Source: Gaiellaceae bacterium (lineage in GTDB: Bacteria; Actinomycetota; Thermoleophilia; Gaiellales; Gaiellaceae). Taken from it: a stretch of 64,000 bases of DNA. Positions 1 through 12,833 of this stretch are shown piece by piece. Position numbers and translations under genes: made by a program. The notes below the pieces were generated by a model. That model was not told where the DNA came from and did not search any database. It worked only from the letters and a program-made list of their open reading frames with translations. Location: NCBI GenBank assembly GCA_049591255.1, contig JBAWEP010000071.1:7786-71785 (forward strand). The letters run 5' to 3'. Each line of letters begins with the position of its first letter. Positions within the stretch are counted from its first letter, which is position 1.

Positions 1-1
1 G

Positions 2-859
2 ACCCAGCTCGAGCGGGCAAAGACGCGAATCGCGTCTCTGGACGCGCAGAAGACTCAGCTCGAGCGAGAGAGCGCCTCGACCCGCACGAGCCTACGTCTG
101 GCAAAGCGCACGATCGCCGCCACGCAACGCAGCCTCGGCGCCCGGGCGCGGGCGCTTTACGAGTCGGGCGATCTCAACGACCCGATCGCGATCATGCTTG
201 GCTCCGAATCGATCGACGATGCCGTTACCCGGCTCGAGAGCATCCGGCAGATCGCCAACCAGCAGAATCTGATCCTGCGCCGGACACGACAAACGCAAGT
301 CAAGCTCCTGCGGCTGAAGTCCGAGCTGGCGCAGCGCCAAGCGGCGCTCGATCAGCTTCGCGGCGCCGCGCTGGCAAGCGCTCGCAACCTCGAGGCCGCT
401 CGCTCGAGCAAGGCCGATACCATCCACCGGCTGACGAGAGAGCGAGCCCTCACCGCCCGCCAGCTGGCGAGCCTCTCCACGCAGGCAACGAAGGCGGCGA
501 CGAAGTCGATCGCCACGGAAAGCCCGTCCACGCCCGCTCCGCCGACCACGACGACGACCGGCACCACCTCCCCTCCGTCAGGCGGCTCGCTCGAGAAGGG
601 GCAGCAGCTCACCGTGTCAGCTACCTGCTACTGCCTGAAGGGATCCACGGCCAGCGGTCTTCCGGTCGGGCCCGGCATCATCGCCAGCGATCCCTCCGTG
701 ATCCCGCTGGGAACGAGAGTCTCCGTTCCCGGCTACGGAAACGCCGTTGCGGCCGACACCGGCTCTGCAGTCAAGGGCCTGACGATCGATCTCTGGGTCG
801 CGAGTTGCGCGAAAGCTTCCGCCTACGGCCGGCAGACGCTGACCATAACGATCCTCTAG
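2..859 (+). CDS. cell-wall-associated protein, N-terminal coiled coil plus C-terminal 3D domain (5' end outside window)
   Basis: Reading frame is open from nt 2; the ORF-track start at 194 is an internal ATG. Q/L/R-rich coiled coil, then a Thr/Pro linker. C-terminus is 3D-domain-like (CYCLKGSTASG..GIIASDPSVIPLGTRV..AADTGSAVKG..IDLW). Confidence 0.75.
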   Translation, partial: TQLERAKTRIASLDAQKTQLERESASTRTSLRLAKRTIAATQRSLGARARALYESGDLNDPIAIMLGSESIDDAVTRLESIRQIANQQNLILRRTRQTQVKLLRLKSELAQRQAALDQLRGAALASARNLEAARSSKADTIHRLTRERALTARQLASLSTQATKAATKSIATESPSTPAPPTTTTTGTTSPPSGGSLEKGQQLTVSATCYCLKGSTASGLPVGPGIIASDPSVIPLGTRVSVPGYGNAVAADTGSAVKGLTIDLWVASCAKASAYGRQTLTITIL

Positions 860-899
860 CGCGCTTCGGGCCGCAGGTCGGGGTATCCTCTGGCGGCGA

Positions 900-4181
<3,282 letters not shown>

Positions 4182-4835
4182 CTAGGCCGGAGAGACTTCC
4201 AGCACCGCTAGGAGCTCGGCCGGCGTCGTCACGACGGCGTCCGGGCCGGCGGTTTGCAGGCGCTCGTCGGAATGGATTCCGCCCCAGGTGACCGCGATCG
4301 CACGCAGGCCGGCCGCCTTCGCCGCCGCGACGTCGAAGGGCGAGTCGCCGATATAGGCCGCCCTGGCGGGCGTCGTCTCGAGCTTGCGCACAGCGAGCAG
4401 CAGCGGCTCGGGGTTGGGCTTGTGCAGCTCGGTGTCCTCGGAGGTCACGATCGTGTCGAAGAGACCCTCCAGCCCCGGCAAACGACCGAATGCAATCTCG
4501 ACTGTCGGGCGACTCTTCGCCGTGACGAGGCCGAGCCGCGCACCACGCGCCCGCAGCTCGAGCAGCAGCTCGTGCATGCCCGCGCAGAACTCGAGCCCGT
4601 CGTGACGCGGCTCGTTGTATGCGCGATAGGCCACGATGAGCTCCTCGCTGCGGCCGGGCGAAAGCCTGTCCATCTGCTCGCGCAGGCTCCAGCCACCGAC
4701 GTAGGCGAGCATCTCCTCGTCGTCGATCGGCTCGCCGAGCACCGTGCGAACCGCGTGACGGAACGATTCCGCGATCAGCGGCCCCGTATCGATGACGGTG
4801 CCGTCCAGATCGAAGAGAATCGCCGCCGGGAGCAT
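4182..4835 (-). CDS. HAD-IA family hydrolase (phosphoglycolate phosphatase / PpaX-like)
   Basis: Start trimmed to MLPAAILFDLDGTV (DxDGT motif I). Also has motif II (TAKS) and motif IV (GDSPFD). The longer ORF-track N-terminus is Arg-rich shadow sequence. Confidence 0.88.
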   Translation of the reverse strand: MLPAAILFDLDGTVIDTGPLIAESFRHAVRTVLGEPIDDEEMLAYVGGWSLREQMDRLSPGRSEELIVAYRAYNEPRHDGLEFCAGMHELLLELRARGARLGLVTAKSRPTVEIAFGRLPGLEGLFDTIVTSEDTELHKPNPEPLLLAVRKLETTPARAAYIGDSPFDVAAAKAAGLRAIAVTWGGIHSDERLQTAGPDAVVTTPAELLAVLEVSPA

Positions 4836-4906
4836 GGGTGGCCATCGTAGCCGCCGCGCCTGCTGCCGGACGCGGCCTCGGGAAAGCGCGCTCGGCACGC
4901 GCCGAC

Positions 4907-7900
4907 CTACTCTCCGCCGATCCTCACTGCCAGGCGTTGATAGAAGAAGCCGCCGACGAGCAGCATCGCTCCCACGGCCATGAAGGAAGCAGCGCGCTGA
5001 ACCGAGCTTAGGAACGGCAGGTCGTAAACGAAGAGCTTGGCGAGACTTGCTCCCAGCAGTGTCAGTCCGGCCAGACGGATCGCCCTCGACACCCGCCGCA
5101 AGCCCAGATAGAGGAGCGCCAGACCGAGCACGCCCCAGCAGGCGCTCATTGCAGCGTGACCGCGCTGCAGCCCGCTGGCGAGCGTCCCGGGGCTGACCAC
5201 CTGCGCGATCTCGAGCACGGTCAGCGAGAGCAGGTAGAGAATGCCGACGCCGAGCGCCCACGGTACGTAGCGAGAAAGCGACTCGCCGTAGTCGCTCAGA
5301 TCGTCCGGGAAACGAACCCTACGAGTGGCCCAGATGGCGAAGGCGGCGGCGGCGATCAAGGTCGCGAGCGCGGGAACACCGCGCCCCGGATGATGACTCG
5401 CGACGAAAAGGTACCGAGGTGCGCCGCTGCCACTCAACGACATCCAAAGCCCAACCGTGAGCGGAACCAACGCACTGGATAGCACCCGCCAGTCGGCGAC
5501 TTGGAGGCTCGCGAGAACCGCGAGCGCGGCAACGAGAGCGAGAGCGGCCACGACGATCGTCCCGATCAGCTCTATGCCGATCACGGACAGCACGACTGCG
5601 GTGCCGGCGAAAAGAGCGGCGAAATCGCGCTGATCGGGTTTGTAGCGATAAAGAGTCGCAGCCAGAAGGGCCGCCAGCCCACCCAGAACGACCAAGCCCA
5701 GGCCCTGCCCGCGCGACGAAGAGAAGAGCTCGTGATCGGCGGTCGCCGCGAGGCCGAAGCTCGCCAGCTCGAGCCCGAGCGGCACGATCCCGAGCCCTTC
5801 GAGCTCGCCGCTGAGTTGATCGCGCAGCGAGATGACAAGCGCGTAGAGCGCGAGCAACGCGCAGGCGAGTGCTCGTTCATACGGGCCGAGATGCGACCAC
5901 TGATAAAAGAGATCCAGGAGCGCGAGCGCGCCGAGAAAACCGGCGAGGGCAACGGTCGCGTTGCCCCGATAGACCTTTCTCGAGAGCTCGCGCACAGCGA
6001 CCGCGAGCAGACCCCAGAGCGCGATCAGCACGACCTCGCCGCGAACGAACGACTCCTCGACCGACCCGCCCAGTCGTTGCGATAGATCGAGGGCCAGGAG
6101 CGAGACAGCGTAGAAGCCCGCTGCCGCGGCCGCCAGCGTCAAGGTCCGACGCAGGTCGACCCCGGCAACCGAAGCCCGTGCCAACAGCGCCGCAGCCGCA
6201 AGCGCGAATATCAGCACGAGCAGCGCGACGAGCCCCGAAGCCGGATGCGACGTGACCCTGAACAGGTGGCTCGGCGGCGTCCAGCGCGAAAGCGTGAGCG
6301 CGATCGCCGCACCGGTAACCCCCACCAATGGAACGAGAATTCTCTCCTCGTCCCTCACGCGCAGGCAAGCGACGAGGGGCACAGTGGAGACGGCGAGTGC
6401 CGGAGCGATGTCACGCCAGCTCAGAACCGAGCTCGCCGTGACCAACTCGATCAGGCCAAACAGGTAGCCGCCGAAGGCGGAAGCCCCGAGCAGGGTGGCC
6501 GCGTCGCGTCGCACACCTTGCAGGAGCAAGGCCAGCACGAACAGAGCCGAGCCGACCGCGATCACGATCGAAGCGGAGAGGTCGATCCCTCCCACCTCCG
6601 CGCGGGAGGCGATCTCCTCGATCCCGGCAACGGCGAGCGCCACGCCGGCCGGCATGGCCACGAGATTGAGTGGCGCAAGGCTCCTCCAGGGACGTGCAAA
6701 ATCGAGATCGTGGCCGAGCAGTTCTTCGGCCAGCGCGACCGCGAGCAACGCGAGTGCGAGAACGAGCATGACCGCGCCACGGCTCGGAGCGCGCAGCTCA
6801 GCGATGTCGACCGCGAGCAACTTGACGAGTGCCAGCGAGAGAGCGCCGGCTCCGAACAGCCACAGCCGCATGCGAGTCGTTGCCCGCCCGTGGGCAAGCG
6901 CGAGCGCGCCCACGGAACCGATGAGCATCGTGGCCGAGCCCTGCGCCCAGTCGAAGGAGAACGCCCCGCCGCCGAGCGCATCGGCGATCCCGAGCAAGAT
7001 CAGCCAACTGGAGAGAAGCGCAAGCGTTGCGGCGGCGATGAGCGACCAATCGAACAGATGACGCTGCTCTGTCTCGCGACGCAGGCGCCAGGCAAAGCCG
7101 AGCGCCACGACAACGAGCGCGAGAAGTGCGGCGAGGCCGTGCAGAGGCGAGGAAACCTGCTGGACGAAGTATCTTGGCGGCGTCTCGAGCCAGATGACGT
7201 GACCCAGTGTCCAGGCAGCGAGAACGAGAGCGGCCAGATCGAGCCGCCTTTCGCCCGTCCACGCCGAAAGTACGAGCAGCGCCAGCGCCGCCGCGGCCAA
7301 CACGAGCGCGAGCACCTGGCCCGAAAAGAGGAGCTGGACGTCGTAGGCGCCGAGAGCGAGCGCCAACAGCCAGAAGAGAGTCGAAGAATCTCGCAGCTGG
7401 CGCTGCCTTACGAGCGGAATGGCGGGTAGAGCGATCAGCGCCGCGAAAGCCAGGCCCAGTGTTCCTTCGTACGTCTTGCCCGCTAGCTCGTGCAGGCCGA
7501 GGGCAAGCGAGAGCGCTGCGGCCGGCACCGCCGCAAGACTGACCGGCGAGACCTCGTCCGATCCGAACAGCTCCTCGCTGAGTGCGGTTGCGTAGAGCGC
7601 CGCGGCAAACGGGAAGAGCCCGTACCAGCGAATGTCGGAGCCGCGCGTGGCGAGGAAGAGCACCTCGCCGAGCGTGACGAGGAGAAGCGAGAGCCCGCCG
7701 ACCCGAACTGGCGCCCGATCGCGGACGTGTCCGAGAACGACGAAGGCGAGCGAGGTCGCAGCGAGCAGCGCCACGACCATGACGTGGCCGAGGGCGAAGG
7801 CTCGCTCGCCGCTCGAGATGCCGTCGGCGAGGCGAATGAGAGCCAGCGAGGTCGCGTATAGAAAGACGGGCGAGGAGAGCAAGAGGTCGAGCGAGCCGAG

Positions 7901-9379
7901 CGCCGGGCGCGACGAGCCGTCGGCGAACGCGGCGATCGCAAGCGCGGCGAGACCGACCGCGATGACACTGGCGAGCCCGGCGATCGGGTCGTGGACGATC
8001 GTGAAGAGTTGAGACGGAGGCGCATCGAAAACGATCATGTGCCCGAAGGCGAGGGCCAGGTACGCCGCCGCGCCCAGGCGGAAGCGCGCTTCCTTGGTCA
8101 GCCAGGCCAACCAGCCGAGCAGCGCGGCCTCGGCCGACCAGGTGACGGCAAGCGTCGCGCCGGAGAGGAGATCGACGCCGGCGATCGCCGCTGCCGTCAA
8201 TCCGAGCGCTATGACCAGCGAAGCGAGATCGCGATTGACGCGGCGCAGGAAGAGCAGGGCGCCGACCGCGCCGTAGCCCACGGCAACCACGAGCAGCGCC
8301 AGTCCTCGCATCGTCGTCACGTCGGCGTAGGAGTGGAACTGCCGCGCCACCGAGACAGCGACGACGCCACCGCTGGCGAACAGAAGCGATACCGGCAACT
8401 GACGCAGAGTCCTCTTCTCCTCCGCGAGCTGGCGAAAGATTCCGAGCGCGAGATAGGTGAGCCAGAAGACCGCCGCGACGGGCAACACAGCACCTGGGCG
8501 AGTGTCGTGGCGCAGCGCGAGCAACGCGATCTGCGGCGCGCCGACGATTGCGGCGGCAGTGAGAAGCCCATCCCAACGGCGCCGAAGAGCGACGAATCCG
8601 GCCGCGATCAGCGCCGCAGCGACAAAGGCCGTACCGATCGTCGTCACGCCGCCTTGCAGGATCATGGTGGCCGGCACCAGCATCGCACCGATCAACCCAA
8701 AAACGGCGACCGTCTCCGAGTCCCACTCCAGCGCCGTCCATACGCCGAGCGCCGCGATCGAGGCTGCGACGGCCAGCGCGAGCGGTGCCGGAGCGAGGTC
8801 ATAGAGGGCAGCGGCCGCGAGCAGTGTCGCATAGCCGCCCGCGAGACCCGCACCGGCCGCCGTCAGGGCAGCCACCGTGACCTCATAGCGCCTGCGCGCC
8901 CAGACCCCCGCGCCGAACACGAGCAGCGAGGCGATCGCGCCCATCGAAACGCGCTCGACCGGGCCGATCCAGCCACGATTCGTGGCCAGGACGAAGAAGA
9001 AGACGATGCCGAGCAGAGTCACGATCCCGCCGCTCCAGGCCAGTAGCTGGGAGCCGCTCAGCTGAGGGAGCGTGATCGAAATCGGCGAAACGTACGGCTT
9101 CGCTTCGGCCGTGGCAATTGCTGCCGGGTCCGGCGCATTCTGTGCTTCCAGGGCCACTACTCTCTCGGCTGCCTGCCGCTCGAGCTCCTGAGCTTCGCAC
9201 AGACGCTCGAATGCGATATCCGAGGCAAGCTGTTCGGCCTCTCCCTCGAGCAAGCGAAGCGCCCGAGCGGCTTCGCCGAGCTCGATTTCGATATCGGTCG
9301 TGCCACTCAGATACTCCGGCAGCGAGCCGAGCCTGGCTCGAAACGCGGCGATTCGTTCGCGAAGATCTGTGCTGAGCAT
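4907..9379 (-). CDS. very large polytopic membrane protein, DUF2339-like
   Basis: 1490 aa. Cytoplasmic coiled-coil N-terminus of about 100 aa, then several dozen hydrophobic helices. A motif [TA]PP[SR]x[LYF]F..[SH]xPxxG[LV] recurs four times. Confidence 0.8.
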   Translation of the reverse strand: MLSTDLRERIAAFRARLGSLPEYLSGTTDIEIELGEAARALRLLEGEAEQLASDIAFERLCEAQELERQAAERVVALEAQNAPDPAAIATAEAKPYVSPISITLPQLSGSQLLAWSGGIVTLLGIVFFFVLATNRGWIGPVERVSMGAIASLLVFGAGVWARRRYEVTVAALTAAGAGLAGGYATLLAAAALYDLAPAPLALAVAASIAALGVWTALEWDSETVAVFGLIGAMLVPATMILQGGVTTIGTAFVAAALIAAGFVALRRRWDGLLTAAAIVGAPQIALLALRHDTRPGAVLPVAAVFWLTYLALGIFRQLAEEKRTLRQLPVSLLFASGGVVAVSVARQFHSYADVTTMRGLALLVVAVGYGAVGALLFLRRVNRDLASLVIALGLTAAAIAGVDLLSGATLAVTWSAEAALLGWLAWLTKEARFRLGAAAYLALAFGHMIVFDAPPSQLFTIVHDPIAGLASVIAVGLAALAIAAFADGSSRPALGSLDLLLSSPVFLYATSLALIRLADGISSGERAFALGHVMVVALLAATSLAFVVLGHVRDRAPVRVGGLSLLLVTLGEVLFLATRGSDIRWYGLFPFAAALYATALSEELFGSDEVSPVSLAAVPAAALSLALGLHELAGKTYEGTLGLAFAALIALPAIPLVRQRQLRDSSTLFWLLALALGAYDVQLLFSGQVLALVLAAAALALLVLSAWTGERRLDLAALVLAAWTLGHVIWLETPPRYFVQQVSSPLHGLAALLALVVVALGFAWRLRRETEQRHLFDWSLIAAATLALLSSWLILLGIADALGGGAFSFDWAQGSATMLIGSVGALALAHGRATTRMRLWLFGAGALSLALVKLLAVDIAELRAPSRGAVMLVLALALLAVALAEELLGHDLDFARPWRSLAPLNLVAMPAGVALAVAGIEEIASRAEVGGIDLSASIVIAVGSALFVLALLLQGVRRDAATLLGASAFGGYLFGLIELVTASSVLSWRDIAPALAVSTVPLVACLRVRDEERILVPLVGVTGAAIALTLSRWTPPSHLFRVTSHPASGLVALLVLIFALAAAALLARASVAGVDLRRTLTLAAAAAGFYAVSLLALDLSQRLGGSVEESFVRGEVVLIALWGLLAVAVRELSRKVYRGNATVALAGFLGALALLDLFYQWSHLGPYERALACALLALYALVISLRDQLSGELEGLGIVPLGLELASFGLAATADHELFSSSRGQGLGLVVLGGLAALLAATLYRYKPDQRDFAALFAGTAVVLSVIGIELIGTIVVAALALVAALAVLASLQVADWRVLSSALVPLTVGLWMSLSGSGAPRYLFVASHHPGRGVPALATLIAAAAFAIWATRRVRFPDDLSDYGESLSRYVPWALGVGILYLLSLTVLEIAQVVSPGTLASGLQRGHAAMSACWGVLGLALLYLGLRRVSRAIRLAGLTLLGASLAKLFVYDLPFLSSVQRAASFMAVGAMLLVGGFFYQRLAVRIGGE

Positions 9380-9394
9380 CGTGTCAACGCCCTT

Positions 9395-9955
9395 TCACGA
9401 ACAGTCGTGGTCGACGATCAACTGGACGTATCGCCCGTGGCTAGAGCTTCTCTCGATCTGCTCGCAGACCTGCCAGTTGCGCTCGACAACGATGTCGTCG
9501 TGGTCGTCGTCATAGTCACCGTCGCCACCGTAGTACTCGTCGGCGGTGTAGACCTCGAGATCGATCCGCTGCGCCTCGAGCATTTCGCGAGCATCGTGCA
9601 GGCTCAGACCCACGAGGCTGAGCGTCTTCTCCGCCTGTGCACAAGACCTGGCGACCGCGAGCTCTACCTCCGCCGCCATTTTTCCTGCAGATGGGTTCTG
9701 ATCGCAGACAAGCCAGTCGCTGTCGTCGATCACGCCGAGCTTGCCGCCGCCGTGAACCTCGTAGGAAAGACCGCGAGCCTCGATCGTGGCCTCCGCCAGA
9801 TCGAGGCGATCACCGCGAACATCGGGGACGCGCTGGGGTTTTGCCTCAGCGCAACCGGCGGCGAAAGCAAGTATCGAAACGAGAAAGAGCGAGGTGATCA
9901 ACCGAGATCCGTTCACCGTTCCTCCTTGGGGGAAGTGAAGCGATGATCGGAACAT
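9395..9955 (-). CDS. putative secreted/lipoprotein with two PASTA-like domains
   Basis: Hydrophobic signal sequence ending ..LAFAAGC. Two PASTA-like segments (VPDVRGDRLDLAEATIEARGL.., LVGLSLHDAREMLEAQRIDL..) with an acidic D/Y-rich stretch. The exact start is uncertain. Confidence 0.6.
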   Translation of the reverse strand: MFRSSLHFPQGGTVNGSRLITSLFLVSILAFAAGCAEAKPQRVPDVRGDRLDLAEATIEARGLSYEVHGGGKLGVIDDSDWLVCDQNPSAGKMAAEVELAVARSCAQAEKTLSLVGLSLHDAREMLEAQRIDLEVYTADEYYGGDGDYDDDHDDIVVERNWQVCEQIERSSSHGRYVQLIVDHDCS

Positions 9956-10041
9956 AGCAAAGTTGCTATCAAATAGCTAGACCCGACAACCGAGGCACTG
10001 AAACTCGCGCCAAGTCACGCGTTGCCTCGTCCCGTAGGCCC

Positions 10042-10758
10042 TCAGTACTCGACCGACTCGAGATACAGGCCCCAGGGCGGCGCAGTCGAGCCGGCCTCGC
10101 TGCGCGGGCGCCCGTCGAGCAGGGCCCGGATCTCCTCGGGATCCTTCTCGATCATCGTGCCCACGAGCGAGCGCACCATGTGCCTGAGAAAGCTGTCCGC
10201 GCTGATCTCCAGCTCGAGCGCGTCGCCGCGCCGGAACCACGCCGCGCGGATGATGTTGCGCAGGAAGACCTCGTGCTGCGTGTCGGTTGGCGTGAAGGCG
10301 CGAAAGTCGTGCTCGCCAAGCAGCAACTCCGCCGAGTGCGCGAGCCGCTCTTCGTCGAGCGGGCTTGGGAACCACCAGCTGCGCCCGGACTCGAACGGTG
10401 AGGGCAAGGAGCGGCGGTAGATGCGGTAGCGATAGCTGCGCGAGCGAGCCGAGTGGCGTGCGTGGAAGTCGGACGGCGCCTGCTCGGCGAAGATCACCGC
10501 CACCTCCTGCGGAAGCTCCGCGTTGAGCGCGGCGGCGGCTCGCTCGGGCGGCGGCCCGGTCGCGACCTCGACGCTCGCCACCTGACCGAGCGCATGCACG
10601 CCGGCGTCGGTCCTGCCGGCGACCGCGAGGCCCTGGTAGTCCGGAAAGACCCGCTCCAGCGCCTTGCGCAGCACGCCCTCCACCGTCTCCAGCCCGGGTT
10701 GCGCGGCCCAGCCGTGAAAGGCGGTGCCGTCGTACTCGATCGTCAGTCTCAGGCGCAC
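10042..10758 (-). CDS. truA: tRNA pseudouridine(38-40) synthase
   Basis: [23 protein letters not shown]-terminus and the catalytic GRTDAGVHA motif. Confidence 0.95.
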   Translation of the reverse strand: MRLRLTIEYDGTAFHGWAAQPGLETVEGVLRKALERVFPDYQGLAVAGRTDAGVHALGQVASVEVATGPPPERAAAALNAELPQEVAVIFAEQAPSDFHARHSARSRSYRYRIYRRSLPSPFESGRSWWFPSPLDEERLAHSAELLLGEHDFRAFTPTDTQHEVFLRNIIRAAWFRRGDALELEISADSFLRHMVRSLVGTMIEKDPEEIRALLDGRPRSEAGSTAPPWGLYLESVEY

Positions 10759-10785
10759 GAGCGGAGACTAGCGCGCGGCTCGCGC

Positions 10786-11172
10786 TCACTCGTCCGTGGC
10801 CACGCCCAACCACTCCAGGGCCGTCTTCAGGTCGCGGAACGACGCGTGACTTATGAGCCGGTCGTCGGCTTCCTTGGAGAGGTCGTACATCCGCCCCATG
10901 CCGAAAGCGGATGCCGACGAGAAGACGAGCGCCGTTTTTCCACCGCGGCGCCGCGCAGCATAGGAGTTGGTCAGCTCGACCAGATAGCGCACGTCCGAGG
11001 CGGTCACGTCCTCGATCTTCGCACTGGTGAAATCCCACAGGAGCAGGCGGGTGACCTCGCCTTCGTAGTACGAGCGTATGCGGTAGCGGATCTCGTCGGC
11101 CGAGACCTCTCCGGAGACGGTGTGAATGGTGAGATCCCTATCGAGATCGATGCTCGTGTCTATCGTTGCCAT
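10786..11172 (-). CDS. hypothetical protein, STAS/SpoIIAA-like fold suspected
   Basis: Start trimmed to ATG at 11172 (MATIDTSIDL..). 128 aa. The alternating beta/alpha pattern and the ..KTALVFSSASAFGMGRM.. segment resemble SpoIIAA-like proteins. Function not established. Confidence 0.5.
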   Translation of the reverse strand: MATIDTSIDLDRDLTIHTVSGEVSADEIRYRIRSYYEGEVTRLLLWDFTSAKIEDVTASDVRYLVELTNSYAARRRGGKTALVFSSASAFGMGRMYDLSKEADDRLISHASFRDLKTALEWLGVATDE

Positions 11173-11371
11173 TCGCGTTCCCACCTCGCCGCCGCGCCGA
11201 TCGGCACGAGACCGGCGCGCCGTTCGCTGCGCCTTCTCTACCGCGGAAACCCGAGAGCTTTCTTTTTCCCAGCCTGGAAAGCTTAACGCCAAAAGACATG
11301 CCCCCCAAGGGGCTCAAAAACCGCCGCCCGAGCTGGCGGAAGGTCAATCCTTGCGAGCCTTTGGCTGGCGC

Positions 11372-11875
11372 CTAGCGGTCGATGTCGTAGCGAAGCTGGA
11401 CGACGTTCTCGCCCAGCGTCGCCGTGCCGACGAGACGCAAGCTGATTGCACGGTCGGCGCCCGATTCGAGCGCGAGACCCTTGCTCATGAGAACCGGCTC
11501 GATGTTGAGGCAGATCTCGTCGACCAGACCGAGTGCGAGGAACGAGGCGTCCAGTGCGGCGCCGCCACCGACGAGTGCCGTCTCGCATCCCCTGCGCTCG
11601 AGCAGCTCCAGCGCCTCCTGCGGCGACGCGGCGACCTCGATGCCGTCGACCTTCAGGCCGGAGCCGGTAACCACAACCGTCGCGATTCCCGCCATCGCGC
11701 CAGACGCCCCCTGGGCGGCCATCAGCTCGAAGGTGCGCCGGCCGACGACTACGTTGCCCGCCCGCTGAACGTGCTGCGCGAAATCTCGCAGGATCTCGGG
11801 CGGAATGGGATGCGTCCCGTCCGCCTGAGTGACCAGGCCGTTGGCGCTCAGGGTCACGTACAGAACCGTCTTCAC
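11372..11875 (-). CDS. dihydrofolate reductase-like / RibD C-terminal domain reductase
   Basis: GTG start at 11875 overlaps the VOC stop (GTGA). Sequence VKTVLYVTLSANG..GRRTFE..LVGGGAAL.. is typical of RibD_C family proteins. Confidence 0.8.
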   Translation of the reverse strand: MKTVLYVTLSANGLVTQADGTHPIPPEILRDFAQHVQRAGNVVVGRRTFELMAAQGASGAMAGIATVVVTGSGLKVDGIEVAASPQEALELLERRGCETALVGGGAALDASFLALGLVDEICLNIEPVLMSKGLALESGADRAISLRLVGTATLGENVVQLRYDIDR

Positions 11876-12273
11876 TGCCCGGATTCCTCTTTGGCGGCGC
11901 CGTGATAGACCGCCTCGATGTTGTAGCCGTCGGGGTCGTGGACGAAGGCCGCGTAGTAGCCCGCGTGATAGTGCGGGCGCTCCCCCGGCTGCCCGTTGTC
12001 CTGGCCGCCGGCATCGAGCGCGGCGCTGTAGAACTCTCTCACCTGCTGCTCGCTCGCGGCGCGGAAGGCGAGGTGGGTACGCGGCGTCTGCGGCTCGCCG
12101 GCCGAGATCCAGAAGTCGCCGCCCGGGTCGTCTCGTGCGCCCGGCTGCGCGCCGAAGCCGGCGGCGCTCTCGAGCTCCAGGCAGATGGCGTAGCCAAGCG
12201 GCGCGAGCGCCCTCAGATAGAAGGCCTTGCTCAGCTCGAAGTCGCTGACGTTGATGCCGGTGTGGTCGATCAC
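11872..12273 (-). CDS. VOC (glyoxalase/bleomycin-resistance/dioxygenase) family protein
   Basis: 133 aa. MIDHTGINVSDFELSKAFY.. and ..AFVHDPDGYNIEAV are VOC beta-alpha-beta-beta-beta signatures. ATGA overlap with the upstream gene. Confidence 0.85.
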   Translation of the reverse strand: MIDHTGINVSDFELSKAFYLRALAPLGYAICLELESAAGFGAQPGARDDPGGDFWISAGEPQTPRTHLAFRAASEQQVREFYSAALDAGGQDNGQPGERPHYHAGYYAAFVHDPDGYNIEAVYHGAAKEESGQ

Positions 12274-12782
12274 GAGCCCTCGCCGCTCTCGAGCTCAATC
12301 GAAGGCGTTCGCCAGACGTCCCCCTCGTTCGTCAGGCCGCGCTCGTAGTTCAAGACCTCCAAGCGCTCGGGAACGACCTTGATCAGGAGCAGGTACTTCC
12401 AGTCGGGGAACGACTCGCTCCAGTAATCGCGCTTGCGCCTCTGCTTCTCGCTCGCCTCGTCCACCAGGACGGCCTTACCGGCAATCGCGACCGACCCGGT
12501 CGCCGCGCCGTGATCGGCGTAGTAGAGACAAACCTGCGGGTTGGCCCGGATCTCCTGCACCTTGCGGCTGCGGCTGTTGGTGGCCATCCAGACCGTAAGG
12601 TCGCTTTCGGGCGGAAACGGGTTCATGGTTCGCACCCGGGGCCGTCCGCTTGAGTCGATGGTGACGATCGCACAGTACGTCTGCGCGATCATGATCTCGA
12701 GCGCCGCGGCGATCGTGGCCTCCCGCTCGATCGCGGGCGCCTCTTGCTCCGGCTCGATTGACTTCGGCATGGCGAGCTCCAT
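12270..12782 (-). CDS. pyridoxamine 5'-phosphate oxidase (PNPOx)-like FMN/deazaflavin-binding protein
   Basis: 170 aa split-barrel pattern (..CAIVTIDSSGRPRVRTMNP..VWMATNSRSRKVQEIRANPQVCLYY..). Confidence 0.8.
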   Translation of the reverse strand: MELAMPKSIEPEQEAPAIEREATIAAALEIMIAQTYCAIVTIDSSGRPRVRTMNPFPPESDLTVWMATNSRSRKVQEIRANPQVCLYYADHGAATGSVAIAGKAVLVDEASEKQRRKRDYWSESFPDWKYLLLIKVVPERLEVLNYERGLTNEGDVWRTPSIELESGEGS

Positions 12783-12833
12783 TTCGATGGCACGCGGGGA
12801 TTATCGTGGTCAGGCGAACAGCCTACCCGGAGC

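Noticed and set aside
4182-5261. Long N-terminal extensions in the ORF track for HAD (4182-5261), folE (15853-16983), folK (16413-17237), adk (27333-28679), rplO, rpsE, rplN, rplV, rplC, rpsL, secE, GNAT and others.
   Set aside because: The extensions overlap the upstream conserved gene out of frame and are Arg-rich. Conserved N-termini and ATGA/GTGA start-stop overlaps give much shorter, family-typical proteins.
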